Below, piece by piece: positions 48,876 to 59,707 of a DNA stretch of 64,000 nt (position 1 is its first letter; each line of letters starts with the position of its first letter). This stretch comes from Novakomyces olei (taxonomy: Eukaryota), in the NCBI GenBank assembly GCA_016906335.1, contig JADEYG010000001.1, positions 1,240,001 through 1,304,000 on the forward strand, given 5' to 3'. The notes below the pieces were generated by a model. That model was not told the origin of the DNA. It searched no databases and was given only the letters and a program-made list of their open reading frames with translations. Made by a program: the position numbers and the translations under genes.

Positions 48876-51800
48876 ATGGATGCGCGAGGCAGCTCTGAGC
48901 CGCCGGCAAAGCGGTACCGCTGTACCCACCCGGGCTGTGACAAATCGTATGCTCGGTCAGAGCATCTGACGCGGCACCGCCTGAACCATTTCGAGAAGGC
49001 CTTCCATTGCGACCTGTGCCCTAAATCTTTTTCACGGCAAGATTTGCTGCGTGGACACAAGGACAGACATGCAAAGAAAGCGCTCCGCTCAGAGTCCTCT
49101 GTCGAGCGTCAGGACGCTGCCGCTTTCCCCAAAGCGGTGGAGGATACAAGCAATGCTGTGGTGACGACTATGGGAGGCAGTGACGGCAGTAGCAGTGTGA
49201 CTGTACTGCCTTACGGAACGGCTCTGTCTTACTTGCCCGGCCCAGGCCGAGTGCACGAGCCTCACGAGCCTCACGAGCCTCACCGTCTCGCTCAGCAGCA
49301 GCAGACTTTGCCCGACAATGGGTTTTACGATTCAATTAGTACGGGCGGAGTGGAGGGTACATTTGCTCAGCCTTCATCGCTCAAACGTGCTTCATTAAAC
49401 CAGCTACAGTTAAATTCGCGTCAGATCGAAGGCCCACGGGACCCTGCACGAGCAGAGCCAAGGGACTCTGACGTAAAACTAGAGGCTAATACCACTGCTG
49501 CAGAGCCTGGCCAGCAGCAGGGCCTACAGGGAGGAGGAATGGACGTTTGGCTGGATCGTAGATTGTCTGCTGCTAATAGTGGTCAGCAGAACGGCCATGC
49601 CGGTCTGCCTGCTGGAGTTGTGCCTAACCCGTCTGCCTCACCAGGCACTACCGTCCTCGATCCTTTCCCACGGTACGAGACTTCGTCATACTCTCCTTTC
49701 CCGGACTCGAGCCAGAGGCAGGTGCCTTTGGGCTCATGGTCTACTGCAAAGAGCCCGCTTTCTATCGAGAGTATAACCGACAGGAACGGTGATGCTTTTG
49801 CCCATAATAGCTCTCGAACCTTTCAGCCAATGTCTTTGCATCAGCAACATCAAAATCAGCAACAGTATCCTCAGTCTCAGCAATATCATCAACATCCTCA
49901 GAGTCAGTCTCAGTCTCAGTCTCAGCATCAGCATCAGCATCAGCATCAGCCTACCGTCCCGTCTCCGTCACAGGACCACCATCAGCAGCAGAGATCAAGG
50001 CTGCTGGCCTCAGCGTCTCCCGGAGTCCTCTCTGGCAGCCAAGACATGTTTGGAGTAGAAGTCTCGTCCACTTCGTCGGGCGAGTTTGGCATCCCTGACA
50101 GTCTGTACCCGACGTTTGGCGCAGACCCGTCTGCCACTAATGGCCAAACGACAGTCCCACCGTACGTGTTGCAGTCAGAGATGAGTGCAGATTTCATGTC
50201 TTGGCTGTTTGATGAGCGGGTAAACGATATGGGCATTGGCGACTTTCTCGATCCTGCTTCAGCCGATCTAGGGTTTAGTGATAATTTCAGTACAGCCGTT
50301 GATTGGGACGAGGCTAAAGCGCACACTGCACAAGAGCCCTCTGACCCTGCCGTCTTTCTCGGCGAGGGCGAAAAGCTCGAGGCAGTCCTGGACCTGTTTG
50401 AGAGTATGGTACCTAGGGCCCGGCAGAGTCCCTGTACCCGTGTGGCTGCTCTTGCCGAGTACATGACCCTCTACTGGAGCCGGTTCCACCCACACGTTCC
50501 CATCCTGCACAGGCCTACTTGCCGGCCGGCAAGTATGCCTCCTCTGCTCTATATCTCTGTCACCACTATCGGCATGTCTTATGTCCCGGATCCGGCAGTA
50601 CAGCGGTTCGCCCACGAGGTCCACGACAGCCTGAGGCTCCGTGTTTTCGCACACAACCAGTTCCGGTCGCCTGCAAAACTATGGGTCTTTCAGACTCTTT
50701 TACTGACAGAGATCTTTGGCACTGTGCGGTCTGTGCGAAAGCACCATGAGCACTCTCACATCTTTCACGGGACTCTGATTACGTTTATGCGGCGTGGGAC
50801 GACGTTTTCAAAGGCCGTTACAAAGGCTGAAGACGGGACAAATAATAACAACAGCAGCAATAATAACAGCAATAACAGCAATAACAGCAGCAATAACAAT
50901 AACAACAATAACAACAACAATAACAACAACAGCAATAACAACAACAGCAATAACAACAACATCAACAATAAAAATAACAACAATAATAATAACAAAACCA
51001 ACAACCCCGAGTCAGCCTGGCACGCGTGGGTTCAGGAAGAAGGGATAAAACGTGTCGCCTTTTTCACGTTCATGATCGATATCGGGTACCAGACAATGTT
51101 TTTGCACAGTCCGAGCATGAGTGCACACGATATGCGGCTCGATCTGCCGTACAGTGAGTCTGCGTGGGAAGCGCGGACAGCGGAAGAGTGGGTACAGGTC
51201 AAGCGTGTGGAGAGAGAGCCGCCAAAGTTCTTCAATGTCCTCAAATCTTTCCTCAGCCGAGACGGCAAGTGCCCTCCTGTCGACCCGCTTGGGAGGTACA
51301 TTATCCTGCACGGCCTTTTGAGCGTAATGTACTACTTGCAACAACGCGAGGCCGCGTCTGCGCTTGTCAGTACACAGAGCTATACCGCCTCCCTCGAGGC
51401 GGCCACCACTGAGCATAAATTTGTGCCGCCGTCCTCGGGCAGAGCCACTAACCCTGTAAACCCTAACCCTTCAGCCGTTAACCCTACAAACACTGCAAAC
51501 CCTAACCCTACAAATTCTACAGCTATTAACCCTACAAATTCTACAGCTATTAACCCTACAGTTTCTACAAACCCTACAGTCGGCAGCCACAGCGGTCAGA
51601 GGGCGGTGTACTCGTCAATGATGAACGGTGTCGACACGACACCGCTCATCGTATCCGCTCCGCCGTCGAGGGCAAACTCGCCAGACGTGTCTCGTGCGAG
51701 TATGAGCACGACACCGCTTGTGGCGTGGAAAGAGCGATGGTTCGATATTGTAAAGGACGCGTTCGAGTACTGGGGCCGAAGGCACGAAGGCAGTATTGCC

Positions 51801-52439
51801 GCCAGTGCAGGAGGCAAAACGGCACTGCATCCGATCCTGCTCGAGTCTGGGTGTATGTACAGAATGGGCCTTATGAGCCTCGTCGTCAACTGGGTCGATC
51901 TGCACTCTCTGTCTGGAGCCTCCTACTACCAGAGCCGAGCAATCTCGGCCGCTGATATCGCTCATTCAAAGGACGCGATACGAAACTCAATCAATAACGG
52001 ACGCTACATTTACGCTCTCCAACACGCAGTGGAAACCCTGATTCCTCTGTTTGCTCCCGCCCGGAATAGCGGGCAGACGCTGTACAGTGTAAAGCACGAC
52101 GACTCTTTCAATCAGCCCTGGATTGTCTGCCACGCCGTCCTCATCTGCTGGGCCTTTGGGTACGTTGTCCGGGGGGTCCCTGACCCGATCCCGGAGGGCA
52201 AATCTGACCAGCAGGACTGCCGAGAGTACCTGGAGAGTATGCGGAGAGCTCTCTGCTCTCCAGAGACTGTCCGGCTCGAGCCTGCTTGTAATCGAACGAC
52301 GGGACTGCTGCTCGTTGCCCGTGCGTCCATGCTTCCGGCTCAGTGGGAACTGCTGCGCGAAAACGCACGCATGTTCCACGGCCTGGTAGTGAGGAACAAG
52401 GATCCACGGCTCTCGGGCAAAGTCAAAATTCGTGAATAG
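48876..52439 (+). CDS. C2H2 zinc-finger transcription factor with fungal-specific TF domain (Klf1/Zas1/Tda9-type architecture)
   Basis: YRCTHPGCDKSYARSEHLTRHRLNH, FHCDLCPKSFSRQDLLRGHKDRH; YWSRFHPHVPILHRPT; WHAWVQEEGIKRVAF; LDLP..E.AWEA. Confidence 0.92.
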   Translation: MDARGSSEPPAKRYRCTHPGCDKSYARSEHLTRHRLNHFEKAFHCDLCPKSFSRQDLLRGHKDRHAKKALRSESSVERQDAAAFPKAVEDTSNAVVTTMGGSDGSSSVTVLPYGTALSYLPGPGRVHEPHEPHEPHRLAQQQQTLPDNGFYDSISTGGVEGTFAQPSSLKRASLNQLQLNSRQIEGPRDPARAEPRDSDVKLEANTTAAEPGQQQGLQGGGMDVWLDRRLSAANSGQQNGHAGLPAGVVPNPSASPGTTVLDPFPRYETSSYSPFPDSSQRQVPLGSWSTAKSPLSIESITDRNGDAFAHNSSRTFQPMSLHQQHQNQQQYPQSQQYHQHPQSQSQSQSQHQHQHQHQPTVPSPSQDHHQQQRSRLLASASPGVLSGSQDMFGVEVSSTSSGEFGIPDSLYPTFGADPSATNGQTTVPPYVLQSEMSADFMSWLFDERVNDMGIGDFLDPASADLGFSDNFSTAVDWDEAKAHTAQEPSDPAVFLGEGEKLEAVLDLFESMVPRARQSPCTRVAALAEYMTLYWSRFHPHVPILHRPTCRPASMPPLLYISVTTIGMSYVPDPAVQRFAHEVHDSLRLRVFAHNQFRSPAKLWVFQTLLLTEIFGTVRSVRKHHEHSHIFHGTLITFMRRGTTFSKAVTKAEDGTNNNNSSNNNSNNSNNSSNNNNNNNNNNNNNSNNNNSNNNNINNKNNNNNNNKTNNPESAWHAWVQEEGIKRVAFFTFMIDIGYQTMFLHSPSMSAHDMRLDLPYSESAWEARTAEEWVQVKRVEREPPKFFNVLKSFLSRDGKCPPVDPLGRYIILHGLLSVMYYLQQREAASALVSTQSYTASLEAATTEHKFVPPSSGRATNPVNPNPSAVNPTNTANPNPTNSTAINPTNSTAINPTVSTNPTVGSHSGQRAVYSSMMNGVDTTPLIVSAPPSRANSPDVSRASMSTTPLVAWKERWFDIVKDAFEYWGRRHEGSIAASAGGKTALHPILLESGCMYRMGLMSLVVNWVDLHSLSGASYYQSRAISAADIAHSKDAIRNSINNGRYIYALQHAVETLIPLFAPARNSGQTLYSVKHDDSFNQPWIVCHAVLICWAFGYVVRGVPDPIPEGKSDQQDCREYLESMRRALCSPETVRLEPACNRTTGLLLVARASMLPAQWELLRENARMFHGLVVRNKDPRLSGKVKIRE
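50841..51005 (+). repeat. Coding poly-Asn tract (AAC/AAT/AGC)
   Basis: About 55 codons, mostly Asn. Confidence 0.92.
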
Positions 52440-52558
52440 TCAGTATTCGTGAATAGTCAGTATTCGTGAATAGTCAGTATTCGTGAATAGTCAGTATTCG
52501 TGAATAGTCAGTATTCGTGAATAGTCAGTATTCGTGAATAGTCAGTATTCGTGAATAG
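52428..52558. repeat. Perfect 17-bp tandem repeat (ATTCGTGAATAGTCAGT) x7.7 overlapping a stop codon
   Basis: Direct inspection. Confidence 0.97.
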
Positions 52559-52613
52559 CCTTCTGCGTCCTGCTGGCTCAAGAGAGAAAAGGGGAAAGTG
52601 GAAAGGGGAAATG

Positions 52614-52673
52614 GAAATGAGAAGGAGAAATGAGAAGGAGAAATGAGAAGGAGAAATGAGAAGGAGAAATGAG
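52614..52673. repeat. 13-bp purine-rich tandem repeat (GAAATGAGAAGGA) x4.5
   Basis: Direct inspection. Confidence 0.92.
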
Positions 52674-53590
52674 GTTTATTGGGTCTAAAACTGTCGGTCT
52701 CTGAATGGTTGCTTTTCTAAAACTGGCGCTTCCTTGTAAAACTGGCTGGTTCTAAAATTGATTGGTCTCTGAAACTGCTGTTATTTAATTGTTTGCGTCT
52801 TTTACGTCTCGACTTCTTTCCCCTTATTCTTTCTGTTCTTGTTAATTTATTTCTTATTTCTAGTCCTAGATTTTGTTTTTCTGTACGAGTGGTGCGTGAT
52901 ATATCCCTGGATTGAGTGGATTTGATTATGATATTAAATAAAATGTCTATTCAAAGCGAATGGATGTGGCCGGGGGAGAAGGCAAAACGGAAAGAAAAAC
53001 GAAAAGCAAGCTTATCATGTATGGCTAAATCCCAGGGGCAATCAGGGGGAGTTTGCCTGCTTTAGTTTTGTTTTCCAGCCTTTCTTTTGTCGGCCAATGA
53101 ACGTGTACATTATAGCGATAACTTGTTTTATTGTAAGTGCCTCTGAATTAATATTGGTCGTCAATATTTCTCTTGCACGAGATGGATTGGGGCAGTTTTA
53201 CGTATATTTAATTAGCAATTGTCTCGAAAATCCGTAGTAAAGTACATAATGTTATGCATTTCGTCATACTAAAAAGCACTTGTACAATTATGCCAGAGTG
53301 GTACCGGCCAATTGGTCGATTACAGCGAGGACGTAGACGAGAAGCTCAATCAAAAACCGTTGAGAAGTATTAAGCTTCCTTGCCAATAAACTGTAAACAC
53401 AAACTCGAATTGGTAAAGCAATGGCGGGTAACGAACGGACGATGGGCAGACGATATAGGAGCTCGAATCCCCGCATTTCAGTCAGCTGAAAACGATTAGG
53501 GTTAGGATTAAGAGACTCTGAGCAGGAGAAGCGTCTACGAAAAGCTGCTTTGCAATGGGGAGCAGTAACCATGAACTGGATTAATTTATT

Positions 53591-54390
53591 TCAAGCCAAA
53601 TCTACAAGACGGTAACGGGTCTCGGCAATACTAGCGACTAGTGCATCGAATGCGGCCGTGATATTTTCTCCAGAATAAGCGCTTACCGCGTAAACGATAC
53701 AGGTATGGTGAGCGGCTATTAAGGCATCCAACTGTAGAGCAAAAGCCACTTGGTCTTTGGTTAGAGCAGCGGCGTCTTCGGATTTGTTGATGAGCAGGAG
53801 CAAAGTCGCTCCAAGCAAGCGCTAAATATTAGTAATAATCAGAATACTCGTCCAGTCACTCCAAAGCGCCATACCTCTTCGCGTAAGAGCGAATGCAGTT
53901 CTGCCCGGCAATCGTCCAGCCGTAAAGCGTCGCAGGCATCCACGACCCATACTACGGCGTCAGTAGCCTCGAAATAATTGCGCCAAAAAGCTCGAATTGT
54001 GCGCTGGCCGCCCACGTCCCCTATAGCAATTAGTATAGCTGCTGCTTTTAAGCACGAATAGCTGCTGCTTCTAAGCACTCACACAAGTTGACATTGAAGC
54101 CGCGGATCGCGATTGTACGGATACTAAAGCCGACGGTGGGCGATACTTTGTGGATCTGCAACAGAGTTAGAGCGGCCGATAAGCAAAACAAGTTTGTAGC
54201 AAAACAAGTTTTGCTAAAACAGAGTCATACATCTTCGCCCAACAGCCGTTTCACGACCGTCGATTTTCCCGCATTGTCGAGGCCGCTGTTTGTCAGTGGT
54301 GCGCACTACACTGCGGACTGCGTACAGTATCAGAAACCGCAATTGCTTTTCTTTTTCCTGCTGTTTGCGTATAATAGTCAAAAGGCCCAT
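53591..54390 (-). CDS. ARL2: ARF-like GTPase Arl2 (Alp41/Cin4), multi-intron
   Basis: [58 protein letters not shown]. Confidence 0.93.
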
Positions 54391-54553
54391 CCATGTGTCT
54401 TGCGCGCCAGCACACTATAGTGCTTTTTCTAATACTGCGATTCTTATACAAAACTGTACGCGTATTTTCTTTCGCAAACCTTGTCGCGTATTATGTATGT
54501 CATTTACGATAACGAGCCAGACACAATAACCAAGCATAATAACCGACACAATA

Positions 54554-54569
54554 ACCCTAACTAACCCTA
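54554..54569. promoter_or_regulatory. 16-bp telobox element in the ARL2/TPT1 divergent promoter
   Basis: Exact ACCCTAACTAACCCTA. Confidence 0.65.
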
Positions 54570-54601
54570 TTAATCCTGAAGAGCAGAGCAAGAGGCCGTC
54601 C

Positions 54602-55294
54602 ATGTCGTCCCGCCGGGCCGGTGGCGAGTACGCGATGAGCCGAGCGCTTACAAAAGTCCTTCGGCACACAGCGGGCGCTTACGGACTTGAGCTGTCTCCG
54701 GACGGCTTTATTGCCCTTCGAGAGCTGGTGAGTGAGTGTAGTATTGAGCGGCCATATTTGATGGGCTAATTAATGTAGCACCGAGTCCCTCAATTAGCGA
54801 GACTCGACGAGTCTCAGCTGCAGCGTATCGTAGCCAATGACGGCAAGCGTCGGTTCACACTCTGCCGCAGGAACGAGGAGGTCTGCGTCCGTGCGAATCA
54901 GGGCCATTCAATTGCCTCTGTCAAGGAAGACGCTATGATGGCACCAATTGCCAGTGCGGCCCAAGTAGCTGCCTGTATCCACGGCACTTACACGTCTGTG
55001 TGGCCTCAGATCCTTGCGTCGGGAGGCTTAAGGCGGCAGACACGGAACCATGTTCACTTTGCCGAGGGAATAGTGGGAGAAGGTACAGGCGTCCAGTCGG
55101 GAATGAGACGCGACTGTACCCTCCTCATCTACGTCGATATCGACTCTGCCATACGGCTGGGCTGTACTTTTTACCGATCTGATAATGGCGTTATTCTGTC
55201 TGCGGGGAACTCGGATGGCGTAGTGCCGGTCGAGTCTTTTCTGCGCGTTACTGATCGCGACGGCCGGCTCGTCTGGCAGAATCCGGACAACTGA
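54602..55294 (+). CDS. TPT1: tRNA 2'-phosphotransferase; intron 54728-54778
   Basis: SRALTKVLRH, DGKRRF, VRANQGHSI, HGTY, RNHVHF, SGMR, SDNGVILS. Confidence 0.94.
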
Positions 55295-55823
55295 CTGCCC
55301 AAATTACGTATCGCACTATGCGATACGCAATTTGGGTTGTTGAGTTATAGCGTTTAAACGGCTGCACGTATACACTTTGGTCTCTGTGGACGACCATTAC
55401 TCGGATCTGCTTCACCTGATCTGCTTGAATAACGCCTCTATCAACACAATACATCTTTTGAATACGGCAAATTTACTTGCTCCCGCAAATCTACTTGCTT
55501 TCGCAAATCTACTATTTTCCGCAGAGGCACAAAGCCAAATTATTGGATCGCATTACAAAAACATTTTAGATTCTTCTAACCCAAGAACCGTTCCTATTTA
55601 AGCAAAATATAGCAATTTTCTTTTTAGAAATTTGAAAATAAAACAAGCATTCCAAAAGCAATAAAAAGCTCTCAACTTTTAAAGTCTTTTGCTCTACACA
55701 AAGACCATCCCCGCTCAATTTTCCCATTCTCTCCTTTTATTTGTTACTGTCCGTGAGTGTATGTAAAATAGATGTAAATTGTACGCAAAACATTTACATT
55801 GCACATGCACAAGTGACCATAGC

Positions 55824-57355
55824 TCAAGCATCGGTCTTGGGCAGAGACTTGTGGAACCTCCGGAGTAAATGGTCGACATCCTCTAGCGCCAGGGTCTTTG
55901 TGTCTGCAAGCTGCTTGACCTGCTGCGTCACTTCTTTGCACTGAGCATCAGTCAGCTCGAGCTGCAATTGCTCAGCGCGCGACTTGATGGCGTTCCATCC
56001 CGTCAATCGCGAGCCAATATGCACATATCGGCTCTGTCCAAAATCTTCAGGCTTCAAGATTTCATAGGTCGAAGGATTGGCAAGAATAGCTTTCGCATGG
56101 ATTCCTGCCTTGTGCGTAAAGGCACAGTAGCCAGTGATATAGTTGTTGAAAGGAATCTGAATCTCCACTGCATCGGCTACAAGGTTCTCAAGTTCACGCA
56201 GCTTTTCCAAGTTATATTTGCCCTTCACGTACTCGCGGTCAAGCGTGTACATACGGCCGAGGAAGCCGCCAAGAGGCGTAATTCCATTTCGCTCGCCGAT
56301 ACCGAGGACGGACGAATCGATATGAGTAGCACCCGCTTCAAGAGCACAGAGGGCATTAGCGATTGCCATACCCGTATCATTGTGGAAATGGCACTCAATA
56401 TCGCACGAGACTACTCCGCGCAGAGTGCGAACGAGATCGTAGACTTGACGAGGAGTAGCACAGCCCACAGTATCGGCAATGCCGACACGGTTTACACCGA
56501 TCTTGTCGACGGTACGATATATGCTGAGCAGATCCACTAAATCCGATCGGAAGCTGTCTTCCGAAGAGAATCGGATCTCGATACCTTTGCTCTTAACAAA
56601 CTCAATAACCTCAATGGCCGACTTGGCAATATAGTTCATATCCTTGCCGTGAGAGTACTGGCGAAGGTACTGGCTCGTTCCGATAACCACGTCCACACCG
56701 TCCACACCGGTCTCCACAGCCAACCGGGCATCATCCATGTGGCATCGGATATGTGTAAGGATCTTGGCACGAAGTCCAAGCTTGCAGATTGCCTCGCAAT
56801 CAGTTCGGGATTGCTCGCTGGCAGCAGGCGATGTGAGCTCAATGTAGTCAACACCAAAATCGTCCAGTGCTTTTGCGATTTCAATTTTTTTTTCCGTATC
56901 GAAAAAGCTGGTTGTTAGTGGCAAAGATCGGTGAAGGCAAACTTGGGTGAAGCCGTCTGTTTAGAAGCCCGAGAAATATATTAAAAAAAAACAAGATAGC
57001 AAGAAATTGAGAAACAGAAAGATGGCAAAAACAATAAATATTAATAAAACGAAGATAAAGGTAAATGTTATGAAAGTATCGAGGATAGACGATCAAGTCC
57101 CAAATGAATATTAAAAACAGACGAGTATCAGAAAACAGATGATTATTAAAAAACAGATGAATAGTCTTACGCATTGGCAAACTGCTCGCCCTCTCGAAGA
57201 GTAGACTCAATGATGCTAAAATTTGACACCCGGGACAAAAAATCTTCAGGCCGTGGGCCGTAAGGCGTTGAATTTTGAGTCACTGCAGGCTGAGACGCAA
57301 CAGGCACAGGCTCGAAGCCATTGCTGTTGCCATTTGAATTGCTGGAAGGCGGCAT
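55824..57355 (-). CDS. LYS20: Homocitrate synthase (alpha-aminoadipate lysine pathway); one intron about 56909-57171
   Basis: [49 protein letters not shown]. Confidence 0.97.
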
Positions 57356-58341
57356 ATTGGGAACGATCTGATATAATCTGATCTCAAGTCGTGTCAAATA
57401 ACGCTTTGGTTTTGTCGAACCCTGTTTATATCAACGATAATGTGGTAAATTTTTTCGCCTCTTTATAATAAATGGCGAATAAACGGGTTTCGGTTATACG
57501 ACGAGTTGATGGAAAACGATATAAATCTCCAAAATCTTGTATCCGATGTATGAACGATACGGATACTTTAGTGAGTGAGAGACGTGCGTAAAATGTGTGC
57601 AGCTTAATTATGCGTAATATAATTTGTGGTTTAAATCTGCAGTGTACCCTCTCCTTATGATTTTGTGTAGAGTTAAAACAACCTATGTACGCGTGTAATT
57701 ACTATACGTAAATCCCAGAGAGCGCGAGATCTGCGGTGGTCGAGTACAGAGGAGTATAGTATATACAGTATTACATCATTGTTATATTGTACAAAATTCT
57801 TTAAGGCAGACACGTCGCTATTACAAAGCAGGCACTTGACGCTGCCCTCAAGTGTCAAAGGCGACTTTTATTTGGGAGCATTTTGCCGCTCCTCTCTCAC
57901 AAAGCTTGGTTGGGTCCCAACACTGCTCTGCAAGTATCGTGTAGAATATTCAAGAAAAATGTGCTCATTGGAAAACACTGTCGCAGATTAAAGGCATTTC
58001 TTTCTTTTCTGTCTGTAGCTGATGTGTCCTCTACGCTAGTAGTTAACATATCGTGAAACTGTATATATAACACATACGCTTTCCCCGTAATATATCGTCA
58101 AACAGTATAATAAATACGCCTCAAGGACAGCGCACTCGTCAAAGTTCCACTATACAATATATGTACAGGCATCATACATGTATACCATAAAATCCTATAA
58201 ATGTTGGTATACCTAATAATGATAATATAGTTTTAATAATATTTTTAATAATATTATAATTTATATGTATAGGCAGGCAGGCATACGTATATAAACAAGT
58301 TGTAATTTTTGTGCGTTGACAAATTCAAATTTTTCAAAGCC

Positions 58342-58758
58342 ATGCCCAAGAACAAGGGAAAGGGTGGAAAGAACCGCCGTCGCGGAAAGAACGAGAACGA
58401 AGAGCAGAAGCGAGAGCTCGTTTTTAAGGAAGAAGGTCAGGAATATGCACAGGTCACAAAGATGCTTGGAAACGGGCGTATAGAGGCAATGTGTTTTGAC
58501 GGTGAGAAGCGACTTGGTCACATCCGCGGCAAAATGCGCAAGAAAGTATGGATTAACCAGGGAGACATTATTCTGCTTTCATTACGAGACTTTCAAGACA
58601 ACAAGGCAGATGTTATCATGAAGTATACTGCCGACGAGGCACGAAACTTGAAGACATACGGCGAACTGCCAGAGAACGCAAAGATCAATGAGACGGATAC
58701 TTTTGGCGGCGACGAAGGGGAAGACGACAATTTCGAGTTTGATATTGATGAAATTTAA
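58342..58758 (+). CDS. TIF11: Translation initiation factor eIF1A
   Basis: [18 protein letters not shown]...[14 protein letters not shown], acidic tail. Confidence 0.98.
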   Translation: MPKNKGKGGKNRRRGKNENEEQKRELVFKEEGQEYAQVTKMLGNGRIEAMCFDGEKRLGHIRGKMRKKVWINQGDIILLSLRDFQDNKADVIMKYTADEARNLKTYGELPENAKINETDTFGGDEGEDDNFEFDIDEI

Positions 58759-59707
58759 TTGTCGAATTTGTCCGCAAAGGAAAAGGCTCAATCTCTAGCG
58801 CTCTCTGCTTCTGATACCATACTCTGTTGCTGCTTGAAGGTTGGAGCAAATGCAATCTGCATCGTGGCTGCAAGAATAAATGTTATTTCGCTTTCGTTTG
58901 GTGATTTCGAGTTTTTTGGTTCTTAATATTTTGTGCTCTAGCATTTGCGTCCAAACGGTCGCGAGCTCAAAAGTCAGTTTGAGTGAGAATTGGAATCAAG
59001 AACTGAAATGAAACGAAACTCCCAATGTTTGTGGTTATGAGTGAAGTGATAGAGGCGTATCTTTCAGCCCTTTTATTCATATTACTATATTATTCAAAAT
59101 TTTTGCTCAAAAGAAATTCGTGTTTAATACAATGACTCAAATTTATCGTTTACACTGTCAATATATTCGGCTTATGCTTAGTCTCAATCAACTCCTGTTT
59201 ACAGCCTTGATATTATTCTACATGGGATCGACTAGACCATTCAGATTCCATGTCTGAACCTTGTTTTGGTCACACTTGGCGCTTTACAAGTTTCGAGCGA
59301 TTTACAGGTTTTGTTTTCGACGTCCGATACCCTCTTTCTTTGGTTTAATCGTACTGCATTCGGTCGCATCGAATTGAGGTGCTCTTGGATTTAGGAAAGC
59401 TCACAAAACTATGGGAGTTTTAAAGGTTGAGCATATAGACTGTTGACGCACTTTGACAATTAAAGTTGCAAGTATTTCTATGTCATTCCCAAATGCTTTG
59501 CAGTAGTCTGTAAATTTAGAATCGTTGTTTAAACTGCTTCCAATCGTCATACCCGCAAGAGTCTACATGAAACGAGGTATTTGCACCCTGATCCTTGATA
59601 TGGTATTGATATATTCATTGTTATGTTTATTCCCAATATTATCCAGTATATGCCCATTTCATCCAATTTATTCAGCAAATCATTTAATTCAACGATTCAG
59701 TTGTTCA

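Noticed and set aside
51448-51576. AACCCT repeats inside the TF gene as teloboxes or an interstitial telomere
   Set aside because: They encode in-frame Asn-Pro repeats, so a coding explanation suffices.
45532-52439. SDR plus chalcone-isomerase-fold protein plus TF as a secondary-metabolite cluster
   Set aside because: There is no PKS, NRPS or terpene synthase, and the CHI-fold gene looks like mitochondrial Aim18/46.
52428-52558. CRISPR-like array with palindromic repeat
   Set aside because: Units are head-to-tail with no unique spacers, there are no cas genes, and the context is eukaryotic.
53459-53472. B-box/T-arm-like GAGCTCGAATCC
   Set aside because: It lacks the invariant GTTC and there is no cloverleaf.
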